Of a DNA stretch of 62,908 bases, positions 12,809 to 22,417 are shown one piece after another. The translations under genes and the position numbers were made by a program. The stretch covers positions 1 to 62,908 of the forward strand of contig CAINVT010000035.1 of assembly GCA_903854215.1 (NCBI GenBank). Direction: 5' to 3'. A model generated the notes under the pieces. The model saw only the letters and a list, made by a program, of their open reading frames with translations, was not told the origin of the DNA and did not search any database. Each line of letters opens with the position of its first letter. The first letter of the stretch is position 1. Source of the stretch: an uncultured bacterium (GTDB lineage: Bacteria; Patescibacteriota; Minisyncoccia; Phycocordibacterales; UBA2100).

Positions 12809-12810
12809 AG

Positions 12811-12894
12811 TGGGCGAGGGGGGAATCGAACCCCCACGAGCTTGCGCTCACGCGATTTTGAGTCGCGGTCGTCTACCAATTCCGACACTCGCCC
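12811..12894 (-). tRNA. tRNA-Leu(CAA)
   Basis: GGGCGAG acceptor stem, anticodon arm CGCGA-CTCAAAA-TCGCG, long variable arm, GGTTCGATTCC T-arm; CCA not encoded. Confidence 0.97.
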
Positions 12895-13176
12895 TCGAAT
12901 TCAAGTGTATACGCACTTTCAATGCCATACAATAGCGCCTCGTGGTGTCTCGTGGTGTTTTGTTGCTTCGCCAGCCCGAACGGGTCGACAACGAGTAATG
13001 TCGACAAGCATGAGGATCCGAGCCCCTCCTCCGGTACATAACTTGAAATCACTGTTCTGGGTGTTCTCGTGGTTTTGGTTGACAAACATCCATCAGATGA
13101 TATAATACCGTCAGCGACCTGAAAATCCCAGGTTAAAACCGGTTCCACGAGCTATTTGTAATACAGGAGGAAAAGT

Positions 13177-13443
13177 ATGAGCAAACTTCCAGACTCTGGC
13201 TTCAAGATCGTCGTCGACAATTTGACGGGGCAACAGTCGGATCAGTCCATGCTCGGGCACTCGTTCGTCGGCTATCGCCGCAAGGTGTTCGATGAATTCG
13301 TCGCGGTGTTCAAGTTTACGGATAACCCTCACGAACAATGGCACGACAAGTTTGTGTGTGAGCAAATCGTCAAGAACGCCAAGCCGGGCACTGAATCGCA
13401 TGAGAGCGCGAAGAAAGCCCTCAAGCACTGGCCAAGTGCGTGA
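13177..13443 (+). CDS. Hypothetical protein
   Basis: 88 aa ORF preceded by AGGAGG. Confidence 0.65.
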   Translation: MSKLPDSGFKIVVDNLTGQQSDQSMLGHSFVGYRRKVFDEFVAVFKFTDNPHEQWHDKFVCEQIVKNAKPGTESHESAKKALKHWPSA

Positions 13444-13689
13444 ATGAAAACTCTGGCCCCTCATGTTGAAGGTCGGGAATGACTTAAATAATTCCACCGA
13501 GGGAGCACGGTACTATATGCTCCCTTCTATTGAGTTCATCACATAGCGTGGTGCTCTCATAGAGGAAAACTTAAAGACCAGTTCTTTGTAAACGGTTTGC
13601 CATGGCAGAAAGCTGCTCACTCGTTGGGTATCCTCCTGCTATGGCAAACCTTCAATCTGAAGGAGCCCGCTAGCGAAGGAGGAATTCCA

Positions 13690-14118
13690 ATGTCTGCTGA
13701 CACGACTGTCGTCATCGCAGCCCATCGCTTCGACGGTGATGGAGAGCTGTCGTACACGGCTGCGGTCATACAGGCTGTCGAGAACCTGACAGATCACGAT
13801 TCTGCAACCTGTCTGAAATACGCTCGTGCGCATTTCATCGACGGGCAGTATCCGTGGTTCAAGGGTTCCGGTGGTTTGCGTCGGGTGAAGCAATTCGCCG
13901 CCCTTCTCGCCGAAGAACAACGGGAGAACGGGATTCTCGAGTACGAGAATCGACCGATCATCGAAATCGGCAAAGACCGAGTGTACGTGCTGACACGGCG
14001 AGGTCAACGAAGGGATGATGTCTGCTCCACAGACAAACCTTCTCACTCGCCTTGGCAGACGACAAACGGTCATCGCGATTATGGGATACCGAATAGCTCT
14101 CGGTACGCCTCGCGGTAG
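13690..14118 (+). CDS. Hypothetical protein
   Basis: GAAGGAGG upstream of ATG (MSADTTVV); followed by terminator. Confidence 0.65.
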   Translation: MSADTTVVIAAHRFDGDGELSYTAAVIQAVENLTDHDSATCLKYARAHFIDGQYPWFKGSGGLRRVKQFAALLAEEQRENGILEYENRPIIEIGKDRVYVLTRRGQRRDDVCSTDKPSHSPWQTTNGHRDYGIPNSSRYASR

Positions 14119-14154
14119 CCACGCATACGGCTCACCTGAATAGCCGCTAACAGG

Positions 14155-14182
14155 AACCCCACACAATCTGGTGTGGGGTTTT
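14155..14182 (+). terminator. Intrinsic terminator
   Basis: AACCCCACAC-aatctg-GTGTGGGGTT-TT. Confidence 0.7.
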
Positions 14183-14247
14183 GCTTATTAAACCGAATCT
14201 CGAAATCAAACCATCTGGTTATCTAGCCGTGATATAATCGTGACCAT

Positions 14248-15249
14248 ATGGCAGGAATGTATCAAGGGGATTCGATATTTTGGGTCGAAGTCGATCGTAT
14301 CAAGCCCAACCCGTTTCAACCGCGTCGCAATTTCGATGAAGTTGCGCTTGCGTCACTTGCGGAATCGATCCGACAATACGGCGTGCTTCAGCCGCTGACG
14401 GTGACGCGCAAAGAGATCGAGCGACCGGGTGAGGGGATTTTTGTCGAGTATGAACTGATCGCCGGTGAACGACGTCTGCGTGCCTCGAAGCTTGCCGGCA
14501 TCGCTGCCGTGCCGGTCGTCATTCGCACATCGGAGGATACCGACCGCATGAAGCTCGAGCTCGCGATCATCGAAAATTTGCAGCGTGAGGATCTCAATGC
14601 TATCGATCGTGCGGAGGCTTTCAATCGTCTTGCTTCGGAGTTCGGCCTGAAACATGCGGAGATAGGCTTACGTGTCGGCAAAAGTCGTGAATACGTTTCC
14701 AATACATTGCGTATCCTCATGTTGCCGCAGGAAATGCGCGATGCGTTGGGTCGTGGGGACATCAGCGACGGTCACACACGTCCGCTCCTCATGCTCATTG
14801 ATCGTCCGGAAGAACAGCAGGTTTTGTTCAAAGACATCATCGCACGTCGTCTCACCGTTCGTGATGCCGAAGCGCTGGCGCGCCGTGTGGCGATAGAGAA
14901 GGCGCGGAACAAGTCGCTCGTTTCGCCGGATCTGATGTCGCTTGAGAAACAACTCTCCGAACGCCTAGGCACACGTGTGCGCATCGAGAAGAAGAATGCC
15001 GGCGGCAAACTGCTGATCGATTTCTTTTCGCCGGAAGATCTTACCGCGATATGTATGACGCTGATCACGCAACCGGCCACACTCGCGGTGCCCGAACCTA
15101 CAGAAGTCACAGATGCGGTCGTAGCGGAAGGTGAAGTAGTCGAGCAGGGGCCGCAGACTCCTGTGGAGCCTGCGGCCCCCATCGAGCCAGTCGTTCCTCC
15201 AGAACCTGAAGATGATGGGCTTTACTCGATTAATAATTTTAGTTTGTAG
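14248..15249 (+). CDS. parB: ParB/Spo0J partition protein
   Basis: PNPFQPRR, LIAGERRLRA, ENLQREDL, HTH GKSREYVSN. Confidence 0.95.
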   Translation: MAGMYQGDSIFWVEVDRIKPNPFQPRRNFDEVALASLAESIRQYGVLQPLTVTRKEIERPGEGIFVEYELIAGERRLRASKLAGIAAVPVVIRTSEDTDRMKLELAIIENLQREDLNAIDRAEAFNRLASEFGLKHAEIGLRVGKSREYVSNTLRILMLPQEMRDALGRGDISDGHTRPLLMLIDRPEEQQVLFKDIIARRLTVRDAEALARRVAIEKARNKSLVSPDLMSLEKQLSERLGTRVRIEKKNAGGKLLIDFFSPEDLTAICMTLITQPATLAVPEPTEVTDAVVAEGEVVEQGPQTPVEPAAPIEPVVPPEPEDDGLYSINNFSL

Positions 15250-15255
15250 GGATAT

Positions 15256-15389
15256 TGAACAAAGCTCAGAGCTTTAAAAACGGAAAAGGAACAAAGCACA
15301 GCCTGAAGCACAAAGGTCCGACCTTAAGGGAGCCCAAGGTCGGACCTTTGTTCATCTTCCGTTACTGCCAAGCTCTGACCCTTTGTTCA
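15256..15389. repeat. Nested palindromic (REPIN-like) cluster between convergent parB and rel
   Basis: ACAAAGGTCCGACCTT (15310-15325) / AAGGTCGGACCTTTGT (15336-15351), flanked by GAACAAAGCTCAGAGCTT / AAGCTCTGACCCTTTGTTC. Confidence 0.75.
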
Positions 15390-16934
15390 TTACTTTTTTC
15401 CCTCCGCGAGCGCAATCGCCGCGCGGATATGCTTTTTTGCCATGCTGGTCTTGGCGATGTCGTGCCACTTGCGTGAGGGCTTCGCGTTGGATTTGGTGAT
15501 GATCTCAACGAGATCGCCGTTTCGAAGTGCGGTATCGAGCGAGACCATTTTCCGATTGACTCGTGCCCCTGACATGTGGTTACCGAGGTCGGAATGCACC
15601 GCATATGCAAAATCGATCGGTGTCGCCTCGATCGGGAGATCGATGACGTCGCCCTTTGGAGTGAATACGAACACGCGATGACTGAAAAAATCTGATTTGA
15701 GTGTATCGAGATATTCTGTGGATTCTTCTTCACCATGGTGCGCGAGTGCGAGTTGTTCAAGCCATGCGGGGACGTTTTCGCGCACCACTTTTTTCTCATC
15801 GTTCGTCGCTGTCGGTTGTGCCTTGCCGATACGGGGGAAAAATTGACGTATCCACTCGAGCCCGCTGCGGCGCCCGGTGCCCGATTGTATTTCTTTGTAG
15901 GTAATATGAGATGCGATGCCGTACATTGATTCGCGATGCTGCGCCTCGGTGCGCAATTGTATTTCCAAGGCGCCGCCGTCGCCGGTGTATACCGTCGTAT
16001 GAATGCTCTGATAGCCGTTGGGTTTGGGAAAGGCGATGTAGTCCTTGATCTTGCCGGGGACCGGCCGCCAATGAGCGTGAATGATACCGAGCGCCGAATA
16101 ACAGTCAGCCACGGTGGGGAAAATGACGCGAAGCGCGAGAATATCGTAGATCTGATTGATGTCCCAATTCTTGCGCTGCAATTTTCGGAAGAGTGAATAG
16201 ATGCCCTTACGTCGCGCTTCGGTGCGGAAAACACGAATGTTCGCTTCGGCGAGCTCGCGCTTGAGATCCTTCTCGGTCTTTTCGAGCCGTTTCTCGTTCT
16301 CGTTCTTGCGTTCCTTGAGAAGTTCGCGGACGCGTTCGTAGTCTTTTGGGTAAGCGAAGCGGAATGCCGCATCTTCGAGGTCGGTCTTCATGACGCTCAT
16401 GCCGAGTCGATCAGCGATCGGCGCGTAGATCTCCAATGTCTCGAGCGCGATGCGGGTGCGTTTTTGGATATTGGGAACGAATTCGAGCGTGCGTGCGTTG
16501 TGCAGACGGTCGGTGAGCTTGATGATGAGGACGCGAATGTCTTTGGCGGTGGCGGCAAAAAGTTTGCGCAAAGATTCCGTATGTCGTTCGAGGCCGCGAT
16601 AGCGCAACGTGCCGAGCTTCGTTACGCCATCGACGAGCGTGAGCACGTTCTTCCCGAATAATTGCTCGACCGTCTCTGCTTTGACCCCGGCGTCCTCGAC
16701 AGTATCGTGCAACATTCCCGCTGCGATCGTGTCGGCATCCATACCGGTCTCAGCGAGCATATAACCGACTTCCGCCGGATGAATGAAGTAGGGATCGCCG
16801 GAATAGCGCTTTTGGTCTTTGTGCGCTTCCTGTGCAAATTCATAGGCCTTGGTCACGAGCGCGACATCCTCCGGCGTACTGCTCGCCATTGCTATGATGA
16901 TATCGGATAATGGACGGGGATTGACGTTCGCCAT
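15390..16934 (-). CDS. (p)ppGpp synthetase/hydrolase Rel (HD + synthetase + TGS)
   Basis: MLHDTVED, DRLHN, KDYIAFPKPNGYQSIHT, EIQLRT, TPIDFAYAVH. Confidence 0.95.
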   Translation of the reverse strand: MANVNPRPLSDIIIAMASSTPEDVALVTKAYEFAQEAHKDQKRYSGDPYFIHPAEVGYMLAETGMDADTIAAGMLHDTVEDAGVKAETVEQLFGKNVLTLVDGVTKLGTLRYRGLERHTESLRKLFAATAKDIRVLIIKLTDRLHNARTLEFVPNIQKRTRIALETLEIYAPIADRLGMSVMKTDLEDAAFRFAYPKDYERVRELLKERKNENEKRLEKTEKDLKRELAEANIRVFRTEARRKGIYSLFRKLQRKNWDINQIYDILALRVIFPTVADCYSALGIIHAHWRPVPGKIKDYIAFPKPNGYQSIHTTVYTGDGGALEIQLRTEAQHRESMYGIASHITYKEIQSGTGRRSGLEWIRQFFPRIGKAQPTATNDEKKVVRENVPAWLEQLALAHHGEEESTEYLDTLKSDFFSHRVFVFTPKGDVIDLPIEATPIDFAYAVHSDLGNHMSGARVNRKMVSLDTALRNGDLVEIITKSNAKPSRKWHDIAKTSMAKKHIRAAIALAEGKK

Positions 16935-17305
16935 AGAGAGGATGATACTTCGAGTTGGTCAAATAACAAAGAAAGAAGGGAATACGATCGTGGCAAAGGT
17001 AAAAAAGCCAGTTCAACTTTCGAGTTCACAGGATGATCATCCTGTAAGTGTCGCCGCCTTAGAAGAATACTCGGACGGTGACCTTGAAAGGTTGATTAGT
17101 GGCCTTAATACATCGGAGGGAACCGCAGAAAAAGGGGAGAAATATCCCTTGATACTAGCGGAACAGGAGATCTCTTCGCAGTGATCAAATTGCTCGCGCA
17201 ATAAGCGGGGAACGAACAGCAAGGCGACGCATACGCGCCGCCTTTTCTGTGCAATATATGCGTATGATATAGTTCGCGCGAAGGTATAATGATCGGCATT
17301 ACTGC

Positions 17306-17473
17306 ATGGATACTTCATCATCTGAATCTGAACATATAGATGGCATGACGGGGGCGACTCCGCCGCTCACTGCTGACGAGTCGCAGAAGCTCGATTCGAT
17401 GCTCGACGACTTTCTCGGTAGCCTTGATAAGCCGGTGACGCGGAGCGTCGAAGATACTCCTAAGTCGGATTGA
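17306..17473 (+). CDS. Small acidic hypothetical protein (55 aa, below ORF-track cutoff)
   Basis: MDTSSSESEH...PKSD* downstream of TATAAT (17285-17290). Confidence 0.4.
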   Translation: MDTSSSESEHIDGMTGATPPLTADESQKLDSMLDDFLGSLDKPVTRSVEDTPKSD

Positions 17474-17489
17474 TAGACTTCATGTTATA

Positions 17490-17522
17490 AAAACATACAA
17501 AGGTCAGACCTTTGTGTGTTTT
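17490..17522. repeat. Palindrome AAAACATACAAAGGT-CAG-ACCTTTGTGTGTTTT
   Basis: Same AAGGT-N3-ACCTT core as the 15.3 kb cluster; could act as a bidirectional terminator. Confidence 0.7.
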
Positions 17523-17525
17523 GGC

Positions 17526-17813
17526 TCATCCTACCGACCGAAAATAATCGCGCCACGTGTCGTCGTGGATCGCGTCGAACTGTGATTGAGAAAATGAGGG
17601 AAGTGAACCAGCATGATCCGCGAGATAGCGTTGCTGTTCTTCCAGTGGTATCGACGTAATGTGCGAACGTTGCTCATTCGAAAGTAATGAAAGATACACG
17701 AGAGTCACTTTTCCATAAATAATCTCGCCGACGTCGCGCATAATGCCCGGCACTTCGGCATCGGTGAATCCGATGTGTTTTAACTTTTCTGTGATCTCTT
17801 GTTCGTTCATCAT
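17526..17813 (-). CDS. Hypothetical protein
   Basis: 95 aa ORF, plausible composition. Confidence 0.6.
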   Translation of the reverse strand: MMNEQEITEKLKHIGFTDAEVPGIMRDVGEIIYGKVTLVYLSLLSNEQRSHITSIPLEEQQRYLADHAGSLPSFSQSQFDAIHDDTWRDYFRSVG

Positions 17814-17822
17814 AATTAGATA

Positions 17823-18116
17823 TTAGTGTTCGCCGTGAGATCCGCCAGGCGCGGCCGCTTTTTTATGATCACCTGATCCGTTCAGCATATCTTGCACGGC
17901 GAATCCGACGGCAAAAGATCCGCTCATATAGTGCGGTACGAGTACACCTGTCGCTGCGAAAAAAACTGCGGTAAGTGCCAAAGAAACGATCCCCCCTTGC
18001 AGCAAAGATTTAAATGCTTTTGTAATTTTTTCACGCCCTTGTTTCAGCCAACTGTTGCTTTTTTCCGCGTGCCCTCCGGCTTTTTCGTGTCCTCCGTGTG
18101 GTGCTTCTGAACTCAT
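17823..18116 (-). CDS. Small membrane protein with His/Gly-rich termini
   Basis: MSSEAPHGGHEK..., central hydrophobic segments; TGGTATACT just upstream. Confidence 0.6.
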   Translation of the reverse strand: MSSEAPHGGHEKAGGHAEKSNSWLKQGREKITKAFKSLLQGGIVSLALTAVFFAATGVLVPHYMSGSFAVGFAVQDMLNGSGDHKKAAAPGGSHGEH

Positions 18117-18233
18117 AGTCCATGCAGTATACCAGAAACGAGCAAAACAAAACCACCTCCTCGCGAGACGAACGAACACGTTCATCTCGCCGGTGTTGGT
18201 GGTTCTCCAGTCAGTCATCCATGAAATCCAACT

Positions 18234-18770
18234 TTACGTACCTTGATCATAGATGTCCTCAGGATTCCCAGAGGTATGACCATCCGGATGAACGAAAACA
18301 CACTTCTCCTCTCCTTGTCCATCTTCCTCGTGACATGCAAGTACGAGGATAGGCTCTTGAGTCTCATAAACAGAAAAACGCGGCACATGTACCACCGTGA
18401 AGAAACCAGCCCGAGCTTCGTATATCACTGGCTCCGCAGCGAAATTCGGATGTCTTCGAAACAGTTGGACGCCACCAAGAAAAGCGCGTGCCTCCACAAT
18501 ACTTTCATACCAGTCAACTCGAATGTAGCCCGGACCGTCAATCGCATCTGGACGGTCAATCTTTGTAATCTGAGGTTTGCAATTACATCGAATTATTCCG
18601 AGGACCAAGACCTCTTCGTTCAACATGTAACGGGGTGAGGATAAGTTTTCCCCATATCCTCCACCCGGGTTGAGTAAATGATCTTGCAGTCTATAGACCG
18701 TTCTTGGAAATTGACGACCGCAGATCAAGACCGGTTCTTCAATTTCGAGACCGACTCTGTGGATGCACAT
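18234..18770 (-). CDS. Hypothetical protein
   Basis: 178 aa ORF with AAGGAG upstream. Confidence 0.5.
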   Translation of the reverse strand: MCIHRVGLEIEEPVLICGRQFPRTVYRLQDHLLNPGGGYGENLSSPRYMLNEEVLVLGIIRCNCKPQITKIDRPDAIDGPGYIRVDWYESIVEARAFLGGVQLFRRHPNFAAEPVIYEARAGFFTVVHVPRFSVYETQEPILVLACHEEDGQGEEKCVFVHPDGHTSGNPEDIYDQGT

Positions 18771-19068
18771 CCTCTCATCTCCTTAGTCGAAATTCCCACC
18801 ATCATGATGGTGCGCGGCAGCTGAAAGTCAAGATGCATGAGCACTGTGCCGGATCGTCTCCAGTCGTTACTTCGTTAACTTGTGCGGATTATGGTTGAGG
18901 CACGTCTTGTCCGAGCATCTCTCCGGTATCGTCTTCGGTCACAGATAATTTCCTCGCCGTCGCTCGGCAATTTCCGCGACCACGCCTCGCGGTCTCGTCT
19001 GCTGACGAGACATCGCTGCGGCCGACGAAAACAACTGGCGCACGTGGCGCAGGCCACGTGCTACCAGC

Positions 19069-21246
19069 TTACGTTTTGAGCTTATGCGGATTATGCATTG
19101 CGCATGACTTGTCCGAACAACGCTCAGGGATAGTTTTCGTCCCTTCCATCATCAAGGCACCACAAATGGAGCAGAGATTGCCGGTCGGCTTCGCTTTGAT
19201 CGCGTATTTGCAGTCAGGATAATTCGAGCATGAGTAGAAGAGCCCAAAACGCCCGCGACGCTCAACCATTTCGCCATGCGCGCGGCCTTCTTTTGTACAA
19301 ACGGGGCACATGACGCCGGTCTTGCTGCGCGCTTCTTCCACAGGATCTTTTTTCACAAATTTACATTTCGGGTACGTTGAACACGCAATGAATCGTCCGA
19401 AACGCCCTTCACGTTCGAGAAGCTTGTTGCCGCAGAGCGGGCATGGCTCGTCGAGTTCTTTTGGCGGTTCGATGATACTACCATCTTCTTTGCGTGCGCC
19501 CATGCATTCGGGGAATTTGGCACAGCTCATGAAGCGGCCGTTCTTCGAAAGCTTGTAGACCATCTCGCCGCCGCAGACAGGACAGGGGAATTCGAGAGGT
19601 GCGGGCCCCATGTTAGTGATCTTCTCAATCTTATCCTTACTCTTTACCGCCTTGTGGAACGGACCGTAAAATTCTCGTAACGTTTTCGCATATTCGCGTT
19701 TGCCGCCGGCGATATCGTCGAGCTCATCTTCCATCTCCGCAGTGAAGGTGTCTGAAATATATTCGGCGAAGTTGGCCTCAATAAATGATGAGACAACGTC
19801 GCCGGTCGCGGTCGGAATCAATGTTCTGCCTTGTTTGTCGACATAGCCGCGATCGCCCAATGTCTTGATGATGCTCGCGTAGGTGGATGGACGGCCGATG
19901 CCGCGTTTCTCGAGTTCTTTGACGAGGCCGGCTTCGGAATACCGTGCCGGCGGCTGCGTTTCTTTTGCCTCACTGTGCATGGCGACCAGCGAGAGCGGTT
20001 CGCCATTTTTCACTTTCGGCAATTCGACATCTTCGCCGCGCGCATCCGGATCGGCCGCGAGCCAGCCATCGAAGATCACGCGCGAACCGTTGATGATGAA
20101 ATCAGGTATCTCGTTGGAAACAATGTTTGTGACGAGCCGCGTACGCATGATCTTCGCGTCGGTCATCTGGCTCGCGAGCGCACGCGCGCGGATGAGACCG
20201 TACAACTTTTTCTGTTCATCGGTGGTACCGGCGTTGCGATACTCTGCATGTGTCGGACGAATCGCTTCATGCGCTTCCTGTGCGCTCTTGCTCTTCGTCT
20301 TGTAGGTATGCGCAACCGCATAGTTCGCGCCGAATTCTTTTTTTACAACGCTCAAAAGCATTTCCTGCGCCTCTTTTGCAAGGTTGGTGCTGTCCGTACG
20401 CATGTAGGAGATATGGCCCGCTTCGTAGAGCTTCTGCGCGATACGCATCGTATTGCTCGGCGAATAGCCGAAACGCGTCGATGCAACCTGTTGCAAGGTC
20501 GATGTGGTAAACGGCGCACGTGTGGCACGCGTCGTTTCGGTCTCTTCTATAGAACGTACCAGCCACGAACATTTCTCGCCAAGCGCTACAATTTTCGCTG
20601 ATTCCTCGACAGTCTTCGGTTCCTCTTTACAGATAGCCGTAAAAGCCTCGCCTTTTTGTGATTTGAGGTCGGCAGAGATTACGAAGAACGGCTCAGGGAT
20701 AAAAGCTCGTATTTCGCGCTCGCGCTCCATCAATATGCGCAGTGCAGGAGATTGCACGCGGCCAGCCGAAAGTCCGTAGCGAACCTTTTTCCACACGAGC
20801 CCCGAGAGGTCGTAGCCGAAGAGGCGGTCGAGTACGCGGCGCGCTTCCTGCGCCTTGCGCAGGTCCTGATCAATGAGACGCGGATGCGCGAGCGCGTCTT
20901 GCACGGCGTGCTCGGTGATCTCGTGGAAGACGATGCGCTTTGGTTTCTTGAGGTGTATCGCTTCGGCCAAGTGCCACGCAATCGCCTCGCCTTCGCGGTC
21001 GGGGTCTGTTGCAAGAATCACTTCGTCGGAATGTGATGCGACTTCGCGCAACTCATCGATGACTTTTTGTTTCTCTTTGACGATCTGGTACTTCGGCTTG
21101 AAGTCGTCTTCGATGTCGACAGCGTCCTTGTTGCTCTTGGGCAGATCGCGAATGTGCCCGACCGAAGCGCGCACCACAAAACCCGTACCGAGGTACTTCT
21201 CGATCGTCTTCGCTTTCGCCGGTGATTCTACTATTACGAGTTTCAT
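19069..21246 (-). CDS. topA: DNA topoisomerase I with C-terminal zinc ribbons
   Basis: LVIVESPAKAKT, ATDPDREGE, SAGRVQS, ISYMRTDS, repeated Cys ribbons. Confidence 0.98.
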   Translation of the reverse strand: MKLVIVESPAKAKTIEKYLGTGFVVRASVGHIRDLPKSNKDAVDIEDDFKPKYQIVKEKQKVIDELREVASHSDEVILATDPDREGEAIAWHLAEAIHLKKPKRIVFHEITEHAVQDALAHPRLIDQDLRKAQEARRVLDRLFGYDLSGLVWKKVRYGLSAGRVQSPALRILMEREREIRAFIPEPFFVISADLKSQKGEAFTAICKEEPKTVEESAKIVALGEKCSWLVRSIEETETTRATRAPFTTSTLQQVASTRFGYSPSNTMRIAQKLYEAGHISYMRTDSTNLAKEAQEMLLSVVKKEFGANYAVAHTYKTKSKSAQEAHEAIRPTHAEYRNAGTTDEQKKLYGLIRARALASQMTDAKIMRTRLVTNIVSNEIPDFIINGSRVIFDGWLAADPDARGEDVELPKVKNGEPLSLVAMHSEAKETQPPARYSEAGLVKELEKRGIGRPSTYASIIKTLGDRGYVDKQGRTLIPTATGDVVSSFIEANFAEYISDTFTAEMEDELDDIAGGKREYAKTLREFYGPFHKAVKSKDKIEKITNMGPAPLEFPCPVCGGEMVYKLSKNGRFMSCAKFPECMGARKEDGSIIEPPKELDEPCPLCGNKLLEREGRFGRFIACSTYPKCKFVKKDPVEEARSKTGVMCPVCTKEGRAHGEMVERRGRFGLFYSCSNYPDCKYAIKAKPTGNLCSICGALMMEGTKTIPERCSDKSCAMHNPHKLKT

Positions 21247-21332
21247 ATTCGACAAGTGATACGCGTAAGACTACCACATGTCAAATAGTACCTGCATTGT
21301 TGAAAGCGAACTGTGGCATAATGCCAACTATG

Positions 21333-21534
21333 ATGAAAACGTTTCAAGAAGCGATTGTGGAGGTCGAAACGCTTCCGGAGAAAGACCATGAGCAAGATCG
21401 GTCGGCGGCTTTTGTCACATGTCGCGAAACTTCGTGAGCTTCGCGGAGATATCGATTAGTGAATTCGTTCGCTTGATGCGGGCGACGGCACATCGCTTGA
21501 TATCGAATTTTTTCTTGATGAAATGAAAAATTGA
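21333..21534 (+). pseudogene. Decayed small antitoxin-like (ParD-like C-terminus) gene
   Basis: MKTFQEAIVEVETLPEKDHEQ, then after a 1-nt shift IGRRLLSHVAKLRELRGDID**IRSLDAGDGTSLDIEFFL. Confidence 0.5.
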
Positions 21535-21538
21535 TTTT

Positions 21539-22396
21539 TCAGCGTACACGCACAACTCCCAACTCTTCCACGATCAATCCTTTGATTTCCATCGTTGAGA
21601 GCAAGATATTAGCTTCGGTGATCGGAAGATCGAGAGCAGTGATGAGTTCATCGCGCGAAATGGGACTTGCAAGCAGGTCGATCACACGCATTTCGTCATC
21701 AGAGACATCACCACGCAGGATCTCGCGTTTTTCACGCGGTACGAATGAGAGTGCTTGAAGAAGATCTTCGACCGACGTGATCGGTGTCGCGCCGAGCCGC
21801 AGGAATTGATGCGTGCCTTTACTTTCGGCATTAAAGATCGAACCGGGTACCACGAGAAGGTCGCGGTTGTATTCAGCGGCAAGTTTTGCCGTGATGAGAC
21901 TGCCGGATTTTTCTTTTGCCTCGATGATGAGTGTTGCTCGGCAAAGACCGGCCATGATCCGGTTGCGTTGGGGGAAGGTGTAGTCTGTCGCTTTCTGGTC
22001 CGGTTTGAATTCTGAAAGCAGAGTGCCGCCAGCCGCGAGTATTTCCCGCGCGAGAGCAACGTTGGCACGCGGATAGAGAACACCCCAATCAAGTCCTGAA
22101 CCTGGTACGGCGACAGTGGGCAATCCGGCGTCGAGTGCAGTACGGTGTGCCAAAGCGTCGACGCCATAGGCGAGACCGCTCACGATGACGACCGGATAGC
22201 CGCGCAATCCCTCGATCAGATATTTGACGACACGTTCGCCGTAGGCAGTACATGCGCGACTTCCGACGACCGCGAGCCAGGTATGGTCGAAGTTGGGTAA
22301 CGTACCGCGTACGTACAGTTGTTTCGGGGCATCGTTTATTTGTTGCAGTAATGGCGGAAATTCATCCCGCACTAGCAGTTTGAGTTCGACCCCCAT
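21539..22396 (-). CDS. dprA: DNA-processing protein DprA
   Basis: AVVGSR, VSGLAYGVD, FPQRNRIMAGL, SGSLITA. Confidence 0.97.
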   Translation of the reverse strand: MGVELKLLVRDEFPPLLQQINDAPKQLYVRGTLPNFDHTWLAVVGSRACTAYGERVVKYLIEGLRGYPVVIVSGLAYGVDALAHRTALDAGLPTVAVPGSGLDWGVLYPRANVALAREILAAGGTLLSEFKPDQKATDYTFPQRNRIMAGLCRATLIIEAKEKSGSLITAKLAAEYNRDLLVVPGSIFNAESKGTHQFLRLGATPITSVEDLLQALSFVPREKREILRGDVSDDEMRVIDLLASPISRDELITALDLPITEANILLSTMEIKGLIVEELGVVRVR

Positions 22397-22417
22397 AGTG
22401 GTAGTATTCTATCATAT

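Noticed and set aside
15256..15389. parS sites beside parB
   Set aside because: Palindromes do not resemble TGTTTCACGTGAAACA
16990..17270. Possible frameshifted ORF upstream of rel
   Set aside because: No recognisable homology; cannot be distinguished from a short orphan or noncoding DNA
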